DNA of 64,000 nt. It comes from an uncultured Aliarcobacter sp. GTDB lineage: Bacteria; Campylobacterota; Campylobacteria; Campylobacterales; Arcobacteraceae. Numbering within the stretch: the first letter of the stretch is position 1; the number at the start of each line of letters is the position of its first letter. Of the stretch, positions 28,867 through 38,452 are shown piece by piece. The stretch is from positions 1,024,001 to 1,088,000 of the forward strand of contig CAXXLV010000002.1 in NCBI GenBank assembly GCA_963664305.2. The letters run 5' to 3'. The notes below the pieces were generated by a model. It saw only the letters and a program-made list of their open reading frames with translations, searched no databases and was not told where the DNA came from. A program made the position numbers and the translations under genes.

Positions 28867-29343
28867 TTATATTTGATTTCTTAAAGCATTTCTTGATGCT
28901 TTATCAACAAGATTAAAAATAGTATCAATTTCATCTTTCAAACTATTTTTTTTATGTCCTTTTACTTTTATAAAAACTAAATCTAATTTATCTGATTTTT
29001 CAAAAAACAGCTTATATAATTCATGATTATTTATCAATTTATCTTTAGATGATTTGTACTCATTTTTTTCTAATTTTTCTCTTCTATCTTTTAAGTTTAT
29101 GATATTTTGACAATCAGTATAAATTTCAATTAAAGAGTTTTTATTTTCTATTTCATCTAAAGCCCAAAGTAGAGTTTGTAGTTCAAGTTTTGTGGAACTT
29201 GTATTTTCAAATTTTTTTGTTTTGATAGTTTTTTTCAAATTCTCCAAAGATAAATTTTCATCTTCAATAATCAAAAAACTTCCAAAACCAATTTTTTCTT
29301 GTGGATTTACACTTGAATCAGTAAATAATTTTATATTTTTCAT
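28867..29343 (-). CDS. Ribonuclease H (RNase HI-like)
   Basis: LFTD, LEL, IYTD, KVKGH, N.VD acidic catalytic set. Confidence 0.85.
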   Translation of the reverse strand: MKNIKLFTDSSVNPQEKIGFGSFLIIEDENLSLENLKKTIKTKKFENTSSTKLELQTLLWALDEIENKNSLIEIYTDCQNIINLKDRREKLEKNEYKSSKDKLINNHELYKLFFEKSDKLDLVFIKVKGHKKNSLKDEIDTIFNLVDKASRNALRNQI

Positions 29344-29440
29344 AAAAGATAATACAATCTTTTATATTACAAAGTGTCATATTTTATAAAGCACATAAAA
29401 AATTTGATTATAATTGCGCTTATGTTTAGAAGGATAAAAA

Positions 29441-30790
29441 ATGGCTAAGAAAAAAATAACACTTTTTGAATGTCAACATTGTGGTGAACAATCTACAAAA
29501 TGGCTTGGAAAATGTCCAAATTGTGGCTCATGGGATAGCTTTATTGAATTAAACCAAGAACAACAAGAAGTTTTAAAACACTCTTCAAAAATTATAAATA
29601 CAACATCAAAAGCAAAACCAATAACTCAAATAGAACAAGATGATGTTACAAGATTTTCTTCTTTTAACTATGAATTTGACTTAGTTTTAGGTGGAGGAAT
29701 AGTTCCAGGAAGTTTAACTTTAATTGGTGGAAGCCCAGGAGTTGGAAAATCAACACTTTTACTAAAAGTTGCAGGAAGTATCGCAAAATCTGGGAAAAAA
29801 GTTCTTTATGTTTCTGGAGAAGAGAGTGCTGGTCAAATAAAACTAAGAGCAAATAGACTTGAAGCAAATCATGATGAACTTTTTTTATTAAGTGAAATAA
29901 AACTTGAAGAGATACAAGATGAACTACTAAGAGAAAATTATGAAGTTTGTATTATAGATTCTATTCAAACTATCTATTCTTCAAATTTAACCTCAGCACC
30001 AGGAAGTGTTTCACAAGTGCGAGAAATAACATTTGAGTTAATGAGAAAAGCAAAAGAATCAAATATTGCTATGTTTATTATTGGTCATATTACAAAAGAT
30101 GGAAGTATTGCAGGTCCTAGAGTTTTAGAACATATGGTTGATACTGTTTTATACTTTGAAGGGGAAGCTAGTAGAGAACTACGAATGCTGCGAGGTTTTA
30201 AAAATCGTTTTGGAAGTACCAGTGAAATTGGTATTTTTGAAATGACAGCAGAAGGACTTATTAGTGCAAAAGATATAGCTTCAAAATTTTTTGATAAAAG
30301 TAAATCTCAAAGTGGTTCAGCTTTAACTGTAACTATGGAAGGAAGCCGTGCTATTATACTTGAAGTTCAAGCACTTGTAACAGAAAGTACTTATCCAAAT
30401 CCAAAAAGAAGTGCAACAGGTTTTGATGCAAATAGACTTACTATGCTTCTTGCACTTTTAGAGAAGAAAATAGATTTACCACTAAATACTTATGATGTAT
30501 TCATAAACATAAGTGGTGGAATAAAAATCAAAGAGAGTTCAGCTGATTTAGCTGTAATTGCTGCTATTATTTCATCATTTAGAGATAGACCTATTTCAAA
30601 AGAATCAGCTTTTATAGGTGAAGTTTCACTAACAGGTGAAATAAAAGATGTTTATTCTATTGATTTAAGATTAAAAGAAGCCCAAGCTCAAGGTATAAAA
30701 AAAGCTGTAATTGCTCAAAAAACAAATTTGAAACTTGATATTAAGACTTTTGCAGTTGATGAAGTTTCTAAAATGATAGAACTATTTTAA
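29441..30790 (+). CDS. radA: DNA repair protein RadA/Sms
   Basis: C4 zinc finger, GSPGVGKST, KNRFG. Confidence 0.97.
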   Translation: MAKKKITLFECQHCGEQSTKWLGKCPNCGSWDSFIELNQEQQEVLKHSSKIINTTSKAKPITQIEQDDVTRFSSFNYEFDLVLGGGIVPGSLTLIGGSPGVGKSTLLLKVAGSIAKSGKKVLYVSGEESAGQIKLRANRLEANHDELFLLSEIKLEEIQDELLRENYEVCIIDSIQTIYSSNLTSAPGSVSQVREITFELMRKAKESNIAMFIIGHITKDGSIAGPRVLEHMVDTVLYFEGEASRELRMLRGFKNRFGSTSEIGIFEMTAEGLISAKDIASKFFDKSKSQSGSALTVTMEGSRAIILEVQALVTESTYPNPKRSATGFDANRLTMLLALLEKKIDLPLNTYDVFINISGGIKIKESSADLAVIAAIISSFRDRPISKESAFIGEVSLTGEIKDVYSIDLRLKEAQAQGIKKAVIAQKTNLKLDIKTFAVDEVSKMIELF

Positions 30791-30798
30791 GGAATAAA

Positions 30799-31218
30799 AT
30801 GATTGATTTAGATAATAGTACAGAATTTGAAATCGATGTAGTAAGTTTAGAAAATATCGCAAAAACACTTACAAAAAAAGATATTGAACTTCTTGTAGTA
30901 AAAAATGATGAAATTCAAGCTTTAAATAAAGTACATAGAAATATAGACAAAGCTACTGATGTTTTAAGTTTTCCTCTTGATTATGATTTTCCTGATGCAC
31001 CATTAGGTTCAATTGTAATTTCAACAGATTTTGTTGAAGAAAAAGCAAAAGAGTATGAACATAGTTTCAATGAAGAATTTTTACTTTTATTTATTCATGG
31101 AATTTTACATCTTTTAGGTTATGACCATGAAGTTGATAATGGTGAACATAGAAATAAAGAAGAAGAGTTAATAAAAGAGTTTAACTTACCAAATAGTTTA
31201 ATAGTAAGAAATTCTTAA
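30799..31218 (+). CDS. ybeY: rRNA maturation endoribonuclease YbeY
   Basis: TDVLSFP, HGILHLLGYDH. Confidence 0.95.
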   Translation: MIDLDNSTEFEIDVVSLENIAKTLTKKDIELLVVKNDEIQALNKVHRNIDKATDVLSFPLDYDFPDAPLGSIVISTDFVEEKAKEYEHSFNEEFLLLFIHGILHLLGYDHEVDNGEHRNKEEELIKEFNLPNSLIVRNS

Positions 31219-31251
31219 AAAATAGCCTAGTTATAAACTAGACTATTTTTT
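31217..31251. terminator. Bidirectional terminator between ybeY and perR
   Basis: AAAAATAG-C-CTAGTT-ATA-AACTAG-A-CTATTTTT. Confidence 0.7.
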
Positions 31252-31257
31252 CCTAAA

Positions 31258-31662
31258 CTATTTTGAACAGTGAGGACATAAACCACTTAAAACGATACTT
31301 GTAGAATCGATTTTAAATGAGCTTAAATTATTTGCTTGTTCTTGAATAGATGAAGCATCTAACACGATATCTTCAATAAATCCACAAGAAGAACATACTA
31401 AATGTGCATGTTCAGTTTTCACCAATTCATAAACTGATTTAGAATTTGGCAACTTAACTTCTGAAAGAAAAACTTTTTCAACCATTGCATTAATATTTTT
31501 ATAGATAGTTGCTAATGATACTGAAGGGAACTTAGATAATAGTTTTTTGTATAAATCATCAATGTTCATATGACCATTTTTATAAAGTTCTTCAACAATT
31601 GCTACTCTTTGTGGAGTAACTTTTAAATCATATTCTTTTAATAAATTTGTATAATTTGTCAT
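31258..31662 (-). CDS. perR: Fur-family regulator, PerR-like
   Basis: LKVTPQR, SLATIYKN, HAHLVC..C, C..C; divergent from a rubrerythrin. Confidence 0.8.
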   Translation of the reverse strand: MTNYTNLLKEYDLKVTPQRVAIVEELYKNGHMNIDDLYKKLLSKFPSVSLATIYKNINAMVEKVFLSEVKLPNSKSVYELVKTEHAHLVCSSCGFIEDIVLDASSIQEQANNLSSFKIDSTSIVLSGLCPHCSK

Positions 31663-31840
31663 AAATTCTTCCTTTCGCGGAATGATACTACTTTAATATT
31701 TATTTCCACATAAATTATATAGCTTTTTAGATATTTTTTCTAAAAAACTCTACTTGTGTTATTATAACATAAAATTTTGCATTGGAAAATAATTTTCTTT
31801 TAAGTTTTAATATTTTACAATTCAAATAATAAATTTTATC

Positions 31841-31887
31841 CTTTAATAAACTTAATTATTAAAGTTTAGTTTATTTAATGATATAAT
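31841..31887 (+). promoter_or_regulatory. Inverted repeat (candidate PerR operator) plus extended -10 for rubrerythrin
   Basis: CTTTAATAA (31841-49) / TTATTAAAG (31856-64); TGATATAAT at 31879-87. Confidence 0.5.
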
Positions 31888-31914
31888 AAAAAATTCAAAA
31901 TAAAAGGGAAAAAA

Positions 31915-32574
31915 ATGAAACAATACGAAACTTATAAATGTAATAAATGTGGTAATGAAGTAGAAGTACAAAATGTTGGTGGAGGAACTTTACACTGCTG
32001 TGGTCAAGAAATGGAAATGATTACGACAAATTTAACTGCAGTTAATTTGATGAAAGCATTTGCGGGTGAATCAATGGCAAGAAATAAATATGATTTATAT
32101 GGTGATATTGCTTACGAACAAGGGTATCATAGAATTGCAAAGTTTTTCCATGAAGCTGCAGTTAATGAAAAATATCATGCACGTGCTGAATACAAAGCTT
32201 ACAATAAATTAGTAAATGATTATGAACTTGATTCAACTGCTAAAAATATTATAGCTGCTGCAGATGGAGAACAATATGAGCATGAAGAAATGTATCCAAA
32301 TTTTGAAGCAATTGCAAAAGAAGAAGGATTAAAAGAGATTGCAAGATTATTTAAAGCTATTGGAAAAGTTGAAGTTGAACATGAAAAAGAGTATAGAGAA
32401 CTTTTACAAGCTTTAGAAGCTGAAGGTTTCTTTGAATCTGAAGAGGAAGAAGAATGGGTATGTGAAGTATGTGGACATGTTCATAGAGGTAAAAAACCAC
32501 CAAAAGAGTGTCCTTTATGTAGGGTAGAAAAAGAGTACTTCAAGAAAAAATGTGATGATGTAACAAGAGGGTAA
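31915..32574 (+). CDS. Desulforubrerythrin (desulforedoxin + rubrerythrin + rubredoxin domains)
   Basis: N-terminal C..C...CC; AFAGES.A, E..H x2 diiron site; C-terminal C..C...C..C. Confidence 0.9.
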   Translation: MKQYETYKCNKCGNEVEVQNVGGGTLHCCGQEMEMITTNLTAVNLMKAFAGESMARNKYDLYGDIAYEQGYHRIAKFFHEAAVNEKYHARAEYKAYNKLVNDYELDSTAKNIIAAADGEQYEHEEMYPNFEAIAKEEGLKEIARLFKAIGKVEVEHEKEYRELLQALEAEGFFESEEEEEWVCEVCGHVHRGKKPPKECPLCRVEKEYFKKKCDDVTRG

Positions 32575-32584
32575 ACTCCAAATT

Positions 32585-32612
32585 AGGTAAAACTTTTAAA
32601 GTTTTACCTCTT
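32585..32612 (+). terminator. Putative terminator after rubrerythrin
   Basis: AGGTAAAACTTT / AAAGTTTTACCT inverted repeat. Confidence 0.55.
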
Positions 32613-32662
32613 AAAAATAATATCTTCGATAATATTACAAAAAAATTGTCGGAGATTCTTTT

Positions 32663-34237
32663 TTGCTTAAATTTTTAATCTTTTTTCTTTTATTTATATA
32701 TTCAAATGCAAACAATTTAAAAATTGCAACTTACAATGTAGAAAATTTATTTGACTTAAAAACAGACAAAGATGAATATACTGAATTTATACCAAACAGT
32801 AAATCTTTATGGAATGAAAAAAATTTTAATATAAAACTAAATCATGTAATTGAAGTTTTAGAAAATCTTGATGCAGATATTATTGCTTTACAAGAGATTG
32901 AAAATAGAGATTTGATGCTTCTTTTACAGAAAAAACTTCCAAAATATAAATATTATTCATATGTTAAATATTCAGATTCTGCGATTGGTTTAGGATTTTT
33001 ATCAAAAGTAGAAATTAAAAGTACAAATCATATCGATGTAAAATTTAGAACAAGAGTTTTTAGACCTATTCTTGAAACTACTTTTGTATATGATGATGTA
33101 GAATTTAAAGTTTTTAATAACCATTGGCCTTCAAAAGCTGTAGGAGAAAGTTATAGAGTTAAATATGCAAAAATATTACAAGATAGAGTTAAAGATATAG
33201 CAAAAGATTATGACTACGTTTTAATTGGAGATTTTAACTCTGATTATGATGAATATGCAACTTTTAAAAATAGCCAAAAATTAAACAACACATCTGGAAT
33301 AACTGGTATTAATCAAATTTTAAATACTTCTATAGATGATAAATTGGTAACATACGAAGATGTTTTAAAAGAGGAAAAAAGAGTTCATTATAATTTATGG
33401 CTTGAAGTAAATTCTAATGAAAGATTTTCAACAAAATATAGGAATCAAAACAATACACCAGATAGTATTTTAGTTCCACCTGCTCTTTTTGATAATAAAA
33501 AACTTTCATATATTCCAAAATCGTTTAATGTATTCAAACCTAACTATTTATACAATAATGGAGAGATAAATAGATGGAAAATGGATGAGAATAATTTCTT
33601 TAAAACTCATAGAGGAGAAGGATACTCAGACCATCTTCCTATTTTTGCAGAATTTTCAATAAAAGAAAAAGATAGAAATCCTATAAAACAAATAGAACAA
33701 AATAAAGAAAATATAAATACTATTGAAAATTTATACAAAGAAGAAAAATTATCAAAACCTGTTTTTATAAATGATGTAATTGTTATTTACAAAGATGATG
33801 ATAAAGCAATTATAAAAAGGGAAAATGATAGAGCAATTTTCATTTATAAAAATGCTCAACACTTGAAGCTTGGTTATTCATATAATATTCAAGTTAATCA
33901 AATCAATACTCATTATGGTTTAAAAGAGATTAGAGATTTTGTAATTGAAGAAGAAAAAGATTTAACAAACTATAAAAATTTATTTTTAGATGCATCAAAT
34001 ATTAATATTTTTGATTTTAAATATGAAAATGAAATAATCACAAATTTAAAAGGAAAAGTAAAAAATTCAAAACTATATATCAATGAAAATCAATATATAA
34101 AACTTTATGCAAAAGATAGAAATTTACTTCCCAAAAATGGAGAAGATATTACTATTTTAAATGCTCATTTATCTTCATATAGAGGAAATATGCAAATTCA
34201 TATTCATAATACAACAGATTACAAAGTAGGAAATTAA
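32663..34237 (+). CDS. Exported endonuclease/exonuclease/phosphatase family protein
   Basis: Signal peptide; ATYNVENLFD, ALQEIE, NHWPS, GDFN, YSDHLP. Confidence 0.88.
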   Translation: MLKFLIFFLLFIYSNANNLKIATYNVENLFDLKTDKDEYTEFIPNSKSLWNEKNFNIKLNHVIEVLENLDADIIALQEIENRDLMLLLQKKLPKYKYYSYVKYSDSAIGLGFLSKVEIKSTNHIDVKFRTRVFRPILETTFVYDDVEFKVFNNHWPSKAVGESYRVKYAKILQDRVKDIAKDYDYVLIGDFNSDYDEYATFKNSQKLNNTSGITGINQILNTSIDDKLVTYEDVLKEEKRVHYNLWLEVNSNERFSTKYRNQNNTPDSILVPPALFDNKKLSYIPKSFNVFKPNYLYNNGEINRWKMDENNFFKTHRGEGYSDHLPIFAEFSIKEKDRNPIKQIEQNKENINTIENLYKEEKLSKPVFINDVIVIYKDDDKAIIKRENDRAIFIYKNAQHLKLGYSYNIQVNQINTHYGLKEIRDFVIEEEKDLTNYKNLFLDASNINIFDFKYENEIITNLKGKVKNSKLYINENQYIKLYAKDRNLLPKNGEDITILNAHLSSYRGNMQIHIHNTTDYKVGN

Positions 34238-35538
34238 TGTTAATTAAATCAATTTTTACAAACAGTTCAGGTATTTTAGTTTCAAGGATTTTAGGTTTTG
34301 TAAGGGATTTACTAACTGCTTCCATTTTAGGTGCAAATATTTATTCAGATATCTTTTTTATAGCTTTTAAATTACCAAATTTATTTAGAAGTATTTTTGC
34401 TGATGGAGCTTTTACTCAAGCTTTTATTCCTTCTTATGCAAAATCAAAACATAAAATCAGATTTTCATCAGTTGTTTTTTTACAATTATTTGGATTCTTA
34501 ATCATATTATCTTTGATTGTAACTATGTTTTCTCATATTGTGGCAAAAGCCTTTGCAATTGGTTTTTCAAAAGAAACTGTTGATTTAGCTGCTCCACTAT
34601 TTGCAATAAATTTTTATTATTTGCCAATTATTTTCACTGTTACATTTATGGCTGCACTTTTACAATATAAACATCATTTTGCAACAAGTGCTTATTCAAC
34701 TGCTCTTTTAAATCTTGGAATGATTGCTGCACTTTTAATCTCTAAAAATATGGATAAATATGAAATTACATTTTATCTATCTTATGGGGTTATTTTTGGA
34801 GGGATTTTACAAATTATTGTTCATTTGATTGCAGTTAAAAGAGCAAATTTATGTAAAATTTTCCATTTTAAAAAACATAAGAAAAAAGAAGAAACAAAAT
34901 TTTATAAAAACTTTTTTTCTGCAACATTAGGTTCATCAACAATGCATCTTTCAGCTTTTATTGATACTTGGTTAGCCTCTTTTTTAATAAGTGGTTCTAT
35001 TTCGTACCTTTATTATGCAAATAGAGTTTTTCAACTACCTCTTGCTATTTTTGCTATTGCAACTTCAATTGCCCTATTTCCAATGGTAGCAAAGGCAATA
35101 AAAAATAAAGATGAAAATAGAGCTTTACATCTAATGAAAAAATCATCTATTATTTTATTTGCTGTTTTATCTGTTTCTATGTTAATTGGAATTGTATTTA
35201 ATGAATTTATTATTAAACTTCTTTTTGAAAGAGGTGCATTTACAGCAAATGACACGCAAAATACAGCGTTAATATTAACTATGTATCTAATTGGTCTTTT
35301 ACCTTTTGGTTTAGCAAAAATTTTCTCACTTTGGTTATATTCAAATGAACAACAATTTTTAAGTGCAAAAATATCAATGAAAAGTTTAGCTTGGAATATT
35401 ATTTTTTCTTTAATATTAATTAAACCATTTGGAGCAGCTGGTCTTGCCTTTGCAAGTACATTAAGTGGATTCATTTTATTTTTCTTAACCATTAAAGCTT
35501 TTGGTTTTGATAAATTTATAAAAATGTTCAAAAACTAA
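34237..35538 (+). CDS. murJ: Lipid II flippase MurJ
   Basis: SRILGFVRD, AFKLPN.FR, LYYANR.FQLP. Confidence 0.95.
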   Translation: MLIKSIFTNSSGILVSRILGFVRDLLTASILGANIYSDIFFIAFKLPNLFRSIFADGAFTQAFIPSYAKSKHKIRFSSVVFLQLFGFLIILSLIVTMFSHIVAKAFAIGFSKETVDLAAPLFAINFYYLPIIFTVTFMAALLQYKHHFATSAYSTALLNLGMIAALLISKNMDKYEITFYLSYGVIFGGILQIIVHLIAVKRANLCKIFHFKKHKKKEETKFYKNFFSATLGSSTMHLSAFIDTWLASFLISGSISYLYYANRVFQLPLAIFAIATSIALFPMVAKAIKNKDENRALHLMKKSSIILFAVLSVSMLIGIVFNEFIIKLLFERGAFTANDTQNTALILTMYLIGLLPFGLAKIFSLWLYSNEQQFLSAKISMKSLAWNIIFSLILIKPFGAAGLAFASTLSGFILFFLTIKAFGFDKFIKMFKN

Positions 35539-35593
35539 ATTTAAAAAGATTAAGCTATAATACACGCTTTATATATAATTTATTAGGATATTT

Positions 35594-37303
35594 ATGAAAG
35601 ATTTTTTTAAACAGTATATTCCATATTACAAAGATTATAAATTACAATTTTTTTACTCATTAATTGGAATTATTCTAGTTGCAAGTTCAACAGCTGGAAC
35701 TGCATATGCAATTCAACCGCTTTTAGATGAAATATTTATTAATAAAGATGAAAAAATGCTTTATATGATGCCAATATTTGTTGTAATTTTATATACAGCA
35801 AAAGGCTTTGGAAGATATATTCAAGCATACTATATCTCTTTTATTGGACAAGATATAACAAGAATTGTAAGAGATAAACTTTTTTCACATGTTTTAACTT
35901 TAGATATGGATTTTTTCCAAAAAATTCATGGTGGAGAACTTGTAAGTAGAATTACAAATGATATAAATAGAATTCAAAGAGCTGTATCAAATAGTATTGC
36001 TGAATTTTTAAGAGAAGTACTAACTGTAATTGGTTTAATAGGTCTTGTAATTTATCACTCTCCTGAATTGGCATTTTATGGTTTAGTTGTTTTACCACTT
36101 GCAATTTATCCATTATCTGTTCTTGCTAAAAAAATGAAAAAACTATCTTTTAAATCTCAAGAGAGTAACTCAGATATTACAACAAGTTTAAATGAATCAT
36201 TTAACAATATAGAAATAATAAAAGCAAATTCAACTGAAAAAATTGAGATGACTAAGTTTTCAGTTCACAATATGATATTTTTCAAATACAATATGAAATC
36301 AGTTAAAACAAATGAATTAACTTCACCTGTAATGGAAATTATTGGAGCATTTGCATTTGCAGCAGTAATTTTAGTTGGTGGTTCAAAAGTAATTTCAGGA
36401 GAAATTACAACTGGTACATTTAGTTCATTTGTTGCAGCACTTTTTATGCTTTACACTCCAATTAAAAAAATATCAAGTCTTTATAATAGCATGCAAGATG
36501 CAATTGCTGCAAATGAAAGAATCAACGATATGTTCTCAAAAAAACCAACTATTATTTCTGGAACAATTGAAGCACCAAAAGATATCAATGAGATTAAATT
36601 TGAAAATGTAGAATTAAAATATGAAGATTTTACAGCTTTAAAAAATATAAATCTTAATGCCAAAAAAGGTGAAATAGTTGCACTTGTTGGAGATAGTGGT
36701 GGAGGAAAATCATCGCTTATAAATCTAATAATTAGATTTTATGATGTAACCAAAGGAAATTTATTTATAAATAATAACTCAATAAAAGATTTTGAAATAA
36801 AATCGTTAAGAGAAAATATTTCAATAGTAACACAAAGAGTTTATATATTTAATGACACAATAGCAGCTAATATTGCTTATGGTCATGAAATTGATGAAGT
36901 TAGAGTTATTGAAGTTTTAAAACAAGCTCATGCTTACGATTTTGTTATGGCAATGAAAAAAGGTATTCACACAATTTTGGATGAATTTGGAACAAATTTA
37001 AGTGGTGGACAGCGACAAAGAATTGCCATTGCAAGGGCTTTATATAAAAATCCAAAAATTTTAATTCTTGATGAAGCAACATCTGCTCTTGATAATAAAA
37101 GTGAATCAATTATTAGTGAAGTAATTCAAGAAGTAAGTCAGAATAAAATAACATTTATAATAGCTCATAGATTAAGCACAATTAAAAATGCAAATAAAAT
37201 TGCTGTATTCAAAAATGGAGAAATTGTTTCTATTGGTACAGAAAATGAACTACTAAAATCTTGTAGTGAATATCAAAGGTTGTATAATTCAGCAAATATT
37301 TGA
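35594..37303 (+). CDS. msbA: MsbA-like ABC exporter
   Basis: TM domain + NBD (GDSGGGKS, LSGGQRQR, LDEATS); position between murJ and pyrD. Confidence 0.85.
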   Translation: MKDFFKQYIPYYKDYKLQFFYSLIGIILVASSTAGTAYAIQPLLDEIFINKDEKMLYMMPIFVVILYTAKGFGRYIQAYYISFIGQDITRIVRDKLFSHVLTLDMDFFQKIHGGELVSRITNDINRIQRAVSNSIAEFLREVLTVIGLIGLVIYHSPELAFYGLVVLPLAIYPLSVLAKKMKKLSFKSQESNSDITTSLNESFNNIEIIKANSTEKIEMTKFSVHNMIFFKYNMKSVKTNELTSPVMEIIGAFAFAAVILVGGSKVISGEITTGTFSSFVAALFMLYTPIKKISSLYNSMQDAIAANERINDMFSKKPTIISGTIEAPKDINEIKFENVELKYEDFTALKNINLNAKKGEIVALVGDSGGGKSSLINLIIRFYDVTKGNLFINNNSIKDFEIKSLRENISIVTQRVYIFNDTIAANIAYGHEIDEVRVIEVLKQAHAYDFVMAMKKGIHTILDEFGTNLSGGQRQRIAIARALYKNPKILILDEATSALDNKSESIISEVIQEVSQNKITFIIAHRLSTIKNANKIAVFKNGEIVSIGTENELLKSCSEYQRLYNSANI

Positions 37304-37383
37304 TTATTTTTCAAAAAATCGTTAAAACCAATATTTAATGATTTTTGGATAAAATATCTAAATTAAAAATAAAGGGATTAAAT

Positions 37384-38442
37384 TTGTTTAGCTATGAAAC
37401 ACTAAAAAAAATCTTGTTCAAATTTGAACCAGAAACTGCACATCATATAGCAGAATTTGGACTTAAAGCTTTAGGTAATTGTAGAATTGCAAAAGCTTAT
37501 ATGGAAAAGAAAAACTATATATCTAATAATAAATTAACGCAAGAAATTTTTGGTGTAAAATTTGAAAATCCTGTTGGACTTGCTGCTGGTTTTGACAAAA
37601 ATGCAACCATGGTAAAAGCTATGAAATCGTTAGGATTTGGTTTTACAGAAATCGGGACAATGACTCCACGTCCACAAGATGGTAATCCAAAACCTAGAAT
37701 GTTTAGATATCCTGAACAAAAATCAGTTCAAAATGCAATGGGTTTTAATAATTTAGGTGCTCATGCTGTTTTAAAAAACTTAAAAAAAGTTTATCCTTTT
37801 TCTATACCAATTGGTGCAAATATAGGGAAAAACAAAACAACTCCAGAAGAGTTTGCATTAAGTGATTATAAAACTTTAATTAACAAATTTAAAGATACTT
37901 GTGATTATTTAGTTATAAATATTTCAAGTCCAAATACTCCAAATTTAAGAGATTTACAAAATGAAAAGTTTATTACAGAGCTTTTTGTTATGGCAAAAGA
38001 GTTAACAACAAAACCTATATTATTAAAAATTGCTCCTGATATGGAAGCTCAAGTTGCGATTGATTTATGTAAATGTGCAGTAAATGCAGGTGCAGATGGA
38101 ATTATTGCTACAAATACAACTATTGATTATAGTTTAGTACCAAATTGTCAAAATTTTGGTGGTTTAAGTGGTGCTTGTTTAACTGAAAAATCTGCTAATT
38201 TATTTAAAGAATTAGCACGTGAATTATTTGGAAAAACTATTCTAATTTCTGTTGGTGGAATTTCAAATGGTGCTCAAGCTTATGAAAGAATAAAAAATGG
38301 AGCGACTTTAGTACAAGCTTATTCTGGATTAATTTTTGAAGGTCCTTCTATGGTTAGAAAAATCAATGAAGAAATATTAGAATTAATGGCTAAAGATGGC
38401 TTTGAAAATATAAAAGATGCTATTGGGGCTAATTTAAAATAA
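37384..38442 (+). CDS. pyrD: Dihydroorotate dehydrogenase (quinone)
   Basis: GLAAGFDKN, NISSPNTP, LKIAPD; TTG start after AAGGGA. Confidence 0.95.
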   Translation: MFSYETLKKILFKFEPETAHHIAEFGLKALGNCRIAKAYMEKKNYISNNKLTQEIFGVKFENPVGLAAGFDKNATMVKAMKSLGFGFTEIGTMTPRPQDGNPKPRMFRYPEQKSVQNAMGFNNLGAHAVLKNLKKVYPFSIPIGANIGKNKTTPEEFALSDYKTLINKFKDTCDYLVINISSPNTPNLRDLQNEKFITELFVMAKELTTKPILLKIAPDMEAQVAIDLCKCAVNAGADGIIATNTTIDYSLVPNCQNFGGLSGACLTEKSANLFKELARELFGKTILISVGGISNGAQAYERIKNGATLVQAYSGLIFEGPSMVRKINEEILELMAKDGFENIKDAIGANLK

Positions 38443-38452
38443 AAGGAAAAAT

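Noticed and set aside
35031..35531. 166-aa antisense ORF in murJ, and similar ones at 15489-15887, 26208-26549 and 40799-41167
   Set aside because: They lie almost entirely opposite well-conserved genes and show no motifs or RBS.
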